Positions 1 to 10,867 of a stretch of 16,673 nucleotides of DNA are shown here, piece after piece; positions within the stretch are counted from its first letter, which is position 1, and each line of letters begins with the position of its first letter. The notes under the pieces are model-generated. The model had not been told where the DNA came from. It worked only from the letters and a program-made list of their open reading frames with translations, and ran no database searches. Source of the DNA: a virus (Duplodnaviria > Heunggongvirae > Uroviricota > Caudoviricetes); the IMG/VR virus record IMGVR_UViG_2734482555_000001. One strand, written 5' to 3'. The position numbers and the translations under genes are program-made.

Positions 1-220
1 GGTTATCGCTCGCCACGGGAATATCTGCGGCAGCGGGCTTGTAATGGGTTAAGTGATAACAGATGTCTGGAAATATAGGGGCAAATCCAATCGTCGCCGT
101 ATTCCCGTATTAACAGAGACCGTAGCCCGACGGGGAACTCCTTCTGCGCGAGTGTGCGGGAATAATCAAAAACGATGCACACCGGGGTTACCGGGTACAC
201 ATATTTCATCATGCCAGCGA

Positions 221-249
221 GTCCGGTTCTGGCACGGAAGAAACCGGAC
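221..249 (-). other. Stem-loop immediately 3' of the minus-strand accessory gene (8-bp stem GTCCGGTT/AACCGGAC, 13-nt loop); possible transcript-end or stabilising structure, not a canonical intrinsic terminator
   Basis: Perfect 8-bp inverted repeat 221-228/242-249, starting 8 nt past the stop codon (258-260) of the minus-strand gene. No U-run follows on either strand. Confidence 0.35.
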
Positions 250-257
250 GTTATGAT

Positions 258-668
258 TTAGTGCGGAAATATTTGTGTAGTGTTCTGTATGTTCTCAGTA
301 AAGAGTAATGAATTATCAAAGGTATAGTAATACCTTTTGTTTTCGTGGATATTTGTAATCCATCTGAAAACCCCTGCTGTAGCAAGATTTTTCCTGTATT
401 CGTAAAATGATAACTCTCCTGATTTGAATCCTTTTAAGGTGGCTTCTATAAGGCATTTATTTTTTGAAAATCTTACATTTACAACCTTACCCTGTCCTTT
501 TATTAAAACCGTATTATCGTTTTCAAGAACAAGATGAATATTCTCTGTGGCTAAATAGTAAATGTAATGTGAGACATTGTGACGTTTTAGTTCAGAATAA
601 AACCAGTGATAGTTTAAATTATTTCGCACTTTATCGAATATTTGTTTAAAAATGGCAACCTGAGCCAT
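258..668 (-). CDS. AT-rich accessory (moron-type) protein, about 136 aa; probably the DUF1398/YbcV-like protein found in the right-end region of lambdoid phages
   Basis: Open frame 258-683 on the minus strand. The second in-frame ATG (668) has a GGAAGG Shine-Dalgarno-like motif about 7 nt upstream; the first ATG (683) has none. GC is roughly one third by eye, against over 50% in the structural genes. Family assignment is from my recollection of lambda/DLP12 homologues and is unverified. Confidence 0.7.
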   Translation of the reverse strand: MAQVAIFKQIFDKVRNNLNYHWFYSELKRHNVSHYIYYLATENIHLVLENDNTVLIKGQGKVVNVRFSKNKCLIEATLKGFKSGELSFYEYRKNLATAGVFRWITNIHENKRYYYTFDNSLLFTENIQNTTQIFPH

Positions 669-725
669 TGTAGTACCTTCCATGTGATATGAGGGGGCGT
701 AGTCTGCACGATTATCTAAATTGCT

Positions 726-959
726 TCAATCTGGTCTAACCTGTTTTCTGAGCAATTCAGTAATGTCACTCTTTTCTTTGTTTGCTTCAGGCGAAACTCT
801 TTTTTCTGAGCACAGTCTCCGGCGGCAGGCTTCAATGACCCAGGCTGAGAAATTCCCGGACCCTTTTTGAACAAGAGCGATGTTAATTTGTTCAATCATT
901 TGGTTAGGAAAGCGGATGTTGCGGGTTGTTGTTCTGCGGGTTCTGTTCTTCGTTGACAT
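726..959 (-). CDS. Small DNA-binding protein, 77 aa, with a ribbon-helix-helix-like core (NIRFPNQMIEQINIAL...FSAWVIEACRRRL) after a basic Thr/Arg-rich N-terminus; probably YlcI/YnfO-like
   Basis: Minus-strand ORF with ATG at 959-957, ending 43 nt upstream of the next minus-strand gene. The strand-helix-helix residue pattern is typical of Arc/CopG-type repressors. The family name is recollection, not a search result. Confidence 0.65.
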   Translation of the reverse strand: MSTKNRTRRTTTRNIRFPNQMIEQINIALVQKGSGNFSAWVIEACRRRLCSEKRVSPEANKEKSDITELLRKQVRPD

Positions 960-1128
960 GAGGTTGCCCTGTATTCAGTGTCGCTGATTTGTATTGTCTG
1001 AAGTTGTTTTTACGTTAAGTTGATGCAGATCAATTAATACGATACCTGCGTCATAATTGATTATTTGACGTGGTTTGATGGCGTAGATGCACGTTGTGAC
1101 ATGTAGATGATAATTATTATCATTTTGC

Positions 1129-1143
1129 GGGTCCTTTCCGGCG
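1129..1143 (+). other. cosQ-like element (packaging termination signal) upstream of cosN
   Basis: Placed by position, about 16-30 bp upstream of the cosN nick, within GGGTCCTTTCCGGCGATCCGACAGGTTACG, which closely matches the lambda right end as I recall it. Confidence 0.4.
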
Positions 1144-1152
1144 ATCCGACAG

Positions 1153-1176
1153 GTTACGGGGCGGAAGGCGCGCGGG
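1153..1176 (+). other. cosN, the terminase nicking site; predicted 12-nt cohesive end GGGCGGAAGGCG (1159-1170)
   Basis: The flanks TTACG and CGCGGGTTTTCGCTATTTATGA match the lambda cos junction. The 12 nt between them differ from canonical GGGCGGCGACCT at five of the last six positions. Confidence 0.75.
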
Positions 1177-1204
1177 TTTTCGCTATTTATGACAATTTTC
1201 CGGT

Positions 1205-1325
1205 TTAAGGCGTTTCCGTTCTTCTTCGCCGTAACCTAATGTTTTTATTTAAAACACCCCCTGAAAAGAAAGGAAACGACAGGTGCTGAAAACGGGCTTT
1301 TTGGCCTCTGTCGTTTCCTTTCTCT
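1205..1325 (+). other. cosB terminase small-subunit binding region: R3 (about 1211-1226), A/T-rich IHF-like site I1 (about 1232-1260), R2 (1268-1282) and R1 (1308-1322) as an inverted pair
   Basis: CGTTTCCGTTCTTCTT at 1211-1226. GAAAGGAAACGACAG at 1268-1282 is the inverse of CTGTCGTTTCCTTTC at 1308-1322. The region lies directly upstream of Nu1. Confidence 0.7.
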
Positions 1326-1347
1326 GTTTTTGTCCGTGGAATGAACA

Positions 1348-1867
1348 ATGGAAGTCAACAAAAAGCAGCTGGCTGACATTTTCGGTGCGAGTATCCGTAC
1401 CATTCAGAACTGGCAGGAACAGGGAATGCCCGTTCTGCGAGGCGGTGGCAAGGGTAATGAGGTGCTTTATGACTCTGCCGCCGTTATAAGATGGTATGCC
1501 GAAAGGGATGCTGAAATTGAGAACGAAAAGCTGCGCCGGGAAGTTGAAGAACTGCGGCAGGCCAGCGAGACAGATCTCCAGCCAGGGACTATTGAGTACG
1601 AACGCCATCGACTTACGCGTGCGCAGGCCGACGCACAGGAGCTGAAAAATGCCAGAGACTCCGCTGAAGTGGTGGAAACCGCATTCTGTACTTTCGTGCT
1701 GTCGCGGATCGCAGGTGAAATTGCCAGTATTCTCGACGGGATCCCCCTGTCGGTGCAGCGGCGTTTTCCGGAACTGGAAAACCGACATGTTGATTTCCTG
1801 AAACGGGATATCATCAAAGCCATGAACAAAGCAGCCGCGCTGGATGAACTGATACCGGGGTTGCTGA

Positions 1868-1893
<26 letters not shown>
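1348..1893 (+). CDS. nu1: Terminase small subunit (gpNu1), 181 aa
   Basis: ORF begins MEVNKKQLADIFGASIRTIQNWQEQGMPV, the lambda Nu1 N-terminal winged-helix sequence. It lies just downstream of cosB. Confidence 0.95.
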
Positions 1894-5574
<3,681 letters not shown>

Positions 5575-5594
<20 letters not shown>

Positions 5595-6894
5595 TCTCCC
5601 GCATATTGCCAGCATGGCTTTTAATGAGCCGCTGATGCTTGAACCCGCCTATGCGCGGGTTTTCTTTTGTGCGCTTGCAGGCCAGCTTGGGATCAGCTGC
5701 CTGACGGATGCAGTATCCGGCGACAGCCTGACTGCCGGAGAGGCACCCGCGGCGCTGGCGTTATCCGGTGATGATGACGGACCACGACAGGCCCGCAGTT
5801 ATCAGGTAATGAACGGCATCGCCGTGCTGCCGGTGTCCGGCACGCTGGTCAGCCGGACGCGGGCGCTGCAGCCGTACTCGGGGATGACCGGTTACAACGG
5901 CATTATCGCCCGTCTGCAACAGGCTGCCAGCGACCCGATGGTGGACGGCATTCTGCTCGATATGGACACACCGGGCGGAATGGTGGCGGGAGCATTTGAC
6001 TGCGCTGACATCATCGCCCGTGTGCGTGACATAAAGCCGGTATGGGCGCTGGCCAATGACATGAACTGCAGCGCAGGTCAGCTGCTTGCCAGTGCCGCCT
6101 CCCGGCGTCTGGTCACGCAGACCGCCCGGACAGGCTCCATCGGCGTCATGATGGCTCACAGTAATTACGGCGCTGCACTGGAGAAACAGGGCGTGGAAAT
6201 CACGCTGATTTACAGCGGCAGCCATAAGGTGGATGGCAACCCCTACAGCCATCTACCGGATGATGTCCGGGAAACATTGCAGTCCCGGATGGATGCAACC
6301 CGCCGGATGTTTGCACAGAAGGTGTCGGCATATACCGGCCTGTCCGTGCAGGCTGTGCTGGATACCGAGGCTGCAGTGTACAGCGGTCAGGAGGCCATTG
6401 ATGCCGGACTGGCTGATGAACTTGTTAACAGTACCGATGCGATCACCGTCATGCGTGATGCACTGGATGCACGTAAATCCCGTCTCTCAGGAGGGCGAAT
6501 GACCAAAGAGACTCAATCAACAACTGTTTCAGCCACTGCTTCGCAGGCTGACGTTACTGGCGTGGTGCAAGCGACGGAGGGCGAGAACGCCAGCGCGGCG
6601 CAGCCGGACGTGAACGCGCAGATCACCGCAGCGGTTGCGGCAGAAAACAGTCGCATTATGGGGATCCTCAACTGTGAGGAGGCTCACGGACGCGAAGAAC
6701 AGGCACGCGTGCTGGCCGAAACCCCCGGTATGACCGTGGAAACGGCCCGCCGTATTCTGGCCGCAGCACCACAGAGTGCACAGACGCGCAGTGACACTGC
6801 GCTGGATCGTCTGATGCAGGGGGCACCGGCACCGCTGGCTGCAGGTAACCCGGCATCTGATGCCGTTAACGATTTGCTGAACACACCAGTGTAA
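5575..6894 (+). CDS. C: Head maturation protease / minor capsid protein gpC, 439 aa
   Basis: GTG start at 5575 preceded by AGGAGGAG, inside the 3' end of B. Product begins MTAELRNLPHIASMAFNEPLMLEP, the lambda C start. The ORF-track extension to 5440 is rejected. Confidence 0.9.
6289..6894 (+). CDS. nu3: Scaffolding protein gpNu3, 201 aa, translated from an internal in-frame start within C
   Basis: In-frame ATG at 6289 (MDATRRMFAQKV...) sharing the C stop codon; matches the nested C/Nu3 arrangement of lambda. Confidence 0.8.
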   Translation: MDATRRMFAQKVSAYTGLSVQAVLDTEAAVYSGQEAIDAGLADELVNSTDAITVMRDALDARKSRLSGGRMTKETQSTTVSATASQADVTGVVQATEGENASAAQPDVNAQITAAVAAENSRIMGILNCEEAHGREEQARVLAETPGMTVETARRILAAAPQSAQTRSDTALDRLMQGAPAPLAAGNPASDAVNDLLNTPV

Positions 6895-6903
6895 GGGATG
6901 TTT

Positions 6904-7236
6904 ATGACGAGCAAAGAAACCTTTACCCATTACCAGCCGCTGGGCAATAGTGACCCGGCTCATACCGCAACCGCGCCCGGCGGATTGAGTGCGAAAGCGC
7001 CTGCAATGACCCCGCTGATGCTGGACACCTCCACCCGTAAGCTGGTTGCGTGGGATGGCACCACCGACGGTGCTGCCGTTGGCATTCTTGCGGTTGCTGC
7101 TGACCAGACCAGCACCACACTGACGTTCTACAAGTCCGGCACGTTCCGTTATGAGGATGTGCTCTGGCCGGAGGCTGCCAGCGACGAGACGAAAAAACGG
7201 ACCGTGTTTGCCGGAACGGCAATCAGCATCGTTTAA
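6904..7236 (+). CDS. D: Head decoration protein gpD, 110 aa
   Basis: Begins [33 protein letters not shown] Shine-Dalgarno-like motif upstream. The alternative ATG at 6898 is rejected. Confidence 0.93.
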   Translation: MTSKETFTHYQPLGNSDPAHTATAPGGLSAKAPAMTPLMLDTSTRKLVAWDGTTDGAAVGILAVAADQTSTTLTFYKSGTFRYEDVLWPEAASDETKKRTVFAGTAISIV

Positions 7237-7253
7237 CTTTACCCTTCATCACT

Positions 7254-7278
7254 AAAGGCCGCCTGTGTGGCTTTTTTT
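7254..7278 (+). terminator. Terminator-like hairpin in the D-E intergenic region: stem GCCGC/GTGGC (one G-U pair), loop CTGT, followed by T7 and preceded by AAAG
   Basis: Read directly: AAAGGCCGCCTGTGTGGCTTTTTTT, lying between the D stop and the E start. Confidence 0.5.
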
Positions 7279-7291
7279 ACGGGATTTTTTT

Positions 7292-8317
7292 ATGTCGATG
7301 TACACAACCGCCCAGCTGCTGGCGGCAAATGAGCAGAAATTTAAGTTTGATCCGCTGTTTCTGCGTCTCTTTTTCCGTGAGAGCTATCCCTTCACTACGG
7401 AGAAAGTCTATCTCTCACAAATTCCGGGACTGGTAAACATGGCGCTGTACGTTTCGCCGATTGTTTCCGGTGAGGTTATCCGTTCCCGTGGCGGCTCCAC
7501 CTCTGAATTTACGCCGGGATATGTCAAACCCAAGCATGAGGTGAATCCGCAGATGACCCTGCGTCGCCTGCCGGATGAAGATCCGCAGAATCTGGCGGAC
7601 CCGGCTTACCGCCGCCGTCGCATCATCATGCAGAACATGCGTGACGAAGAGCTGGCCATTGCTCAGGTCGAAGAGATGCAGGCAGTTTCTGCCGTGCTCA
7701 AGGGCAAATACACCATGACCGGTGAAGCCTTCGATCCGGTTGAGGTGGATATGGGCCGCAGTGCGGCGAACAACATCACACAGTCCGGCGTCACGGAGTG
7801 GAGCAAGCGTGACAAGTCCACGTATGACCCGACCGACGATATCGAAGCCTACGCGCTGAACGCCAGCGGTGTGGTGAATATCATCGTGTTTGACCCGAAA
7901 GGCTGGGCGCTGTTCCGTTCCTTCAAAGCCGTCAAGGAGAAGCTGGATACCCGTCGCGGCTCTCATTCCGAGCTGGAGACAGCGGTAAAAGACCTGGGCA
8001 AAGCGGTGTCCTATAAGGGAATGTATGGCGATGTGGCCATCGTCGTGTATTCCGGACAGTACGTGGAAAACGGCGTCAAAAAGAACTTCCTGCCGGACAA
8101 CACGATGGTGCTGGGGAACACTCAGGCTCGCGGTCTGCGCACCTATGGCTGCATTCAGGATGCGGACGCACAGCGCGAAGGCATTAACGCTTCTGCCCGT
8201 TACCCGAAAAACTGGGTGACCACCGGCGATCCGGCGCGTGAGTTCACCATGATTCAGTCAGCACCGCTGATGCTGCTGGCTGATCCTGATGAGTTCGTGT
8301 CCGTTCAACTGGCGTAA
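7292..8317 (+). CDS. E: Major capsid protein gpE, 341 aa
   Basis: Begins MSMYTTAQLLAANEQKFKFDPLFLRLF and ends DPDEFVSVQLA. Length matches lambda E. The ORF-track start at 7265 is rejected. Confidence 0.95.
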   Translation: MSMYTTAQLLAANEQKFKFDPLFLRLFFRESYPFTTEKVYLSQIPGLVNMALYVSPIVSGEVIRSRGGSTSEFTPGYVKPKHEVNPQMTLRRLPDEDPQNLADPAYRRRRIIMQNMRDEELAIAQVEEMQAVSAVLKGKYTMTGEAFDPVEVDMGRSAANNITQSGVTEWSKRDKSTYDPTDDIEAYALNASGVVNIIVFDPKGWALFRSFKAVKEKLDTRRGSHSELETAVKDLGKAVSYKGMYGDVAIVVYSGQYVENGVKKNFLPDNTMVLGNTQARGLRTYGCIQDADAQREGINASARYPKNWVTTGDPAREFTMIQSAPLMLLADPDEFVSVQLA

Positions 8318-8319
8318 TC

Positions 8320-8346
8320 ATGGCCCTTCGGGGCCATTTTCTCTCT
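8320..8346 (+). terminator. Hairpin just after the E stop: 7-bp perfect stem ATGGCCC/GGGCCAT with a TTCG tetraloop, followed by TTTCTCTCT
   Basis: Read directly at 8320-8337, with a pyrimidine-rich tail at 8338-8346. It sits between E and FI. Confidence 0.5.
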
Positions 8347-8358
8347 GTGGAGGAGTTC

Positions 8359-8757
8359 ATGACGAAAGATGAACTGATTGCCCGTCTTCAGGAGCTGGGT
8401 GAGCAATTGAACCGCGATGTCAGTTTGACGGGAACGAAAGAAGAACTGGCGCTTCGTGTGGCAGAGCTGGAAGAAGAGCTTGATGACACGGATGAAACTG
8501 CCGGTCAGGACACCCCTCTCAGCCGGGAAAATGTGCTGACCGGGCATGAAAATGAGGTGGTATCAGCGCAGCCGGATACCGTGATTCAGGATACGGCTGA
8601 ACTGGTCACGGTCGTGGCACTGGTGACGCTGCATACTGATGCACTTCACGCCACGCGGGATAAACCTGTGGCATTTGTGCTGCCGGGAACGGCGTTTCGT
8701 GTCTCTGCCGGTGTGGCAGCCGAAATGACAGAGCGCGGCCTGGCCAGAATGCAATAA
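8359..8757 (+). CDS. FI: DNA-packaging / head assembly protein gpFI, 132 aa
   Basis: ATG at 8359 preceded by GGAGGAG. Product begins MTKDELIARLQELGEQL. The ORF-track start at 8320 lies inside the hairpin and is rejected. Confidence 0.9.
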   Translation: MTKDELIARLQELGEQLNRDVSLTGTKEELALRVAELEEELDDTDETAGQDTPLSRENVLTGHENEVVSAQPDTVIQDTAELVTVVALVTLHTDALHATRDKPVAFVLPGTAFRVSAGVAAEMTERGLARMQ

Positions 8758-8768
8758 CGGGAGGCGCT

Positions 8769-9122
8769 GTGGCTGATTTCGATAACCTGTTCGATGCTGC
8801 CATTGCCCGCGCCGATGAAACGATACGCGGGTACATGGGAACGTCAGCCACCATGACATCCGGTGAGCAGTCAGGTGCGGTGATACGTGGTGTTTTTGAT
8901 GACCCTGAAAATATCAGCTATGCCGGACAGGGCGTGCGCGTTGAAGGCTCCAGCCCGTCCCTGTTTGTCCGGACTGATGAGGTGCGGCAGCTGCGGCGTG
9001 GAGACACGCTGACCATCGGTGAGGAAAATTTCTGGGTAGATCGGGTTTCGCCGGATGATGGCGGAAGTTGTCATCTCTGGCTTGGACGGGGCGTACCGCC
9101 TGCCGTTAACCGTCGCCGCTGA
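8769..9122 (+). CDS. FII: Head completion protein gpFII, 117 aa
   Basis: GTG start preceded by GGGAGG. Product begins MADFDNLFDAAIARADETIRGYMG. Confidence 0.9.
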   Translation: MADFDNLFDAAIARADETIRGYMGTSATMTSGEQSGAVIRGVFDDPENISYAGQGVRVEGSSPSLFVRTDEVRQLRRGDTLTIGEENFWVDRVSPDDGGSCHLWLGRGVPPAVNRRR

Positions 9123-9133
9123 AAGGGGGATGT

Positions 9134-9712
9134 ATGGCCATAAAAGGTCTTGAGCAGGCCGTTGAAAACCTCAGCCGTATCAGCAAAACGGCGGTGCCCG
9201 GTGCCGCCGCAATGGCCATTAACCGCGTTGCTTCATCCGCGATATCGCAGTCTGCGTCACAGGTTGCCCGTGAGACAAAGGTACGCCGGAAACTGGTAAA
9301 GGAAAGGGCCAGGCTGAAAAGGGCCACGGTCAAAAATCCGCAGGCCAGAATCAAAGTTAACCGGGGGGATTTGCCCGTAATCAAGCTGGGTAATGCGCGG
9401 GTTGTCCTGTCCCGCCGCAGGCGTCATAAAAAGGGGCAGCGTTCATCCCTGAAAGGTGGCGGCAGCGTGCTTGTGGTGGGTAACCGTCGTATTCCCGGCG
9501 CGTTTATTCAGCAACTGAAAAACGGCCGGTGGCATGTTATGCAGCGTGTGGCCGGGAAAAACCGTTACCCCATTGATGTGGTGAAAATCCCGATGGCGGT
9601 GCCGCTGACCACGGCGTTTAAACAGAATATTGAACGGATACGGCGTGAACGTCTTCCGAAAGAGCTGGGCTATGCGCTGCAGCATCAACTGAGAATGGTA
9701 ATAAAGCGATGA
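9134..9712 (+). CDS. Z: Tail completion protein gpZ, 192 aa
   Basis: Position, length and order match lambda Z. GGGGGA Shine-Dalgarno-like motif upstream. Confidence 0.9.
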   Translation: MAIKGLEQAVENLSRISKTAVPGAAAMAINRVASSAISQSASQVARETKVRRKLVKERARLKRATVKNPQARIKVNRGDLPVIKLGNARVVLSRRRRHKKGQRSSLKGGGSVLVVGNRRIPGAFIQQLKNGRWHVMQRVAGKNRYPIDVVKIPMAVPLTTAFKQNIERIRRERLPKELGYALQHQLRMVIKR

Positions 9713-10104
9713 AACATACTGAACTCCGTGCAGCCGTACTGGATGCACTGGAGAAGCATGACACCGGGGCGACGCTTTTTGATGGTCGCCCCGCTGTTTT
9801 TGATGAGGAAGATTTTCCGGCAATTGCCGTTTATCTCACCGGCGCTGAATACACGGGCGAAGAGCTGGACAGCGATACCTGGCAGGCGGAGCTGCATATT
9901 GAAGTTTTCCTGCCTGCTCAGGTGCCGGATTCAGAGCTGGATTCGTGGATGGAGTCCCGGATTTATCCTGTGATGAGCGATATCCCGGCACTGTCAGATT
10001 TGATCACCAGTATGGTGGCCAGCGGCTATGACTACCGGCGCGACGATGATGCGGGCCTGTGGAGTTCAGCCGATCTGACTTATGTCATTATCTATGAAAT
10101 GTGA
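9709..10104 (+). CDS. U: Tail terminator protein gpU, 131 aa
   Basis: ATGA overlap with Z. Length and position match lambda U. Confidence 0.9.
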   Translation: MKHTELRAAVLDALEKHDTGATLFDGRPAVFDEEDFPAIAVYLTGAEYTGEELDSDTWQAELHIEVFLPAQVPDSELDSWMESRIYPVMSDIPALSDLITSMVASGYDYRRDDDAGLWSSADLTYVIIYEM

Positions 10105-10111
10105 GGACGCT

Positions 10112-10852
10112 ATGCCTGTACCAAATCCTACAATGCCGGTGAAAGGTGCCGGGACCACCCTGTGGGTTTATAAGGGGAGCGGTGACCCTTATGCGAACCC
10201 GCTTTCAGACGTTGACTGGTCGCGTCTGGCAAAAGTTAAAGACCTGACGCCCGGCGAACTGACCGCTGAGTCCTATGACGACAGCTATCTCGATGATGAA
10301 GATGCAGACTGGACTGCGACCGGGCAGGGGCAGAAATCTGCCGGAGATACCAGCTTCACGCTGGCGTGGATGCCCGGAGAGCAGGGGCAGCAGGCGCTGC
10401 TGGCGTGGTTTAATGAAGGTGATACCCGTGCCTATAAAATCCGCTTCCCGAACGGCACGGTCGATGTGTTCCGTGGCTGGGTCAGCAGTATCGGTAAGGC
10501 GGTGACGGCGAAGGAGGTGATTACCCGCACGGTGAAGGTCACCAATGTGGGACGTCCGTCGATGGCAGAAGATCGCAGCACGGTGACGGCGACGACCGGC
10601 ATGACGGTGACACCCGCCAGTGCTTCCGTAGTGAAAGGGCAGAGCACCACGCTGACCGTGGCATTCCAGCCGGATGGCGCAACCGACAAGAGCTTCCGTG
10701 CGGTGTCTGCGGATAAAACAAAAGCCACCGTGTCGGTCAGTGGTATGACCATCACCGTGAAAGGTGTTGCTGCAGGCAAGGTCAACATTCCGGTCGTATC
10801 TGGTAATGGTGAGTTTGCTGCGGTTGCAGAAATCAACGTCACCGCCAGTTAA
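10112..10852 (+). CDS. V: Major tail tube protein gpV, 246 aa, with a C-terminal Ig-like domain
   Basis: ATG at 10112 preceded by GAGGA. Begins [22 protein letters not shown]. The C-terminal region ([25 protein letters not shown]...) is Big_2-like. The ORF-track start at 10082 is rejected. Confidence 0.93.
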   Translation: MPVPNPTMPVKGAGTTLWVYKGSGDPYANPLSDVDWSRLAKVKDLTPGELTAESYDDSYLDDEDADWTATGQGQKSAGDTSFTLAWMPGEQGQQALLAWFNEGDTRAYKIRFPNGTVDVFRGWVSSIGKAVTAKEVITRTVKVTNVGRPSMAEDRSTVTATTGMTVTPASASVVKGQSTTLTVAFQPDGATDKSFRAVSADKTKATVSVSGMTITVKGVAAGKVNIPVVSGNGEFAAVAEINVTAS

Positions 10853-10867
10853 TCCGGAGAGTCAGCG

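Noticed and set aside
3-256. Two overlapping small ORFs (69 aa on the minus strand, 67 aa on the plus strand) at the left edge
   Set aside because: They overlap each other in a region full of inverted repeats, have no convincing ribosome-binding site, and match what I recall as noncoding sequence in lambda. More likely a regulatory or structured noncoding region.
669-683. First ATG (683) of the 141-aa ORF as the translation start
   Set aside because: No Shine-Dalgarno motif precedes it, whereas the in-frame ATG at 668 has GGAAGG about 7 nt upstream. The 136-aa product is preferred, though the longer form cannot be excluded.
1033-1060. Candidate sigma-70 promoter for the minus-strand cassette (TCAATT, 15-nt spacer, TATTAAT, read on the minus strand)
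   Set aside because: The spacer is short and the -35 match is weak. No better -35/-10 pair was found by eye, so it is not reported as a feature. Transcription start mapping is needed.
1283-1489. 68-aa plus-strand ORF overlapping cosB and the Nu1 start
   Set aside because: It lies out of frame across the cosB R elements and the Nu1 coding start; an ORF-finder artefact.
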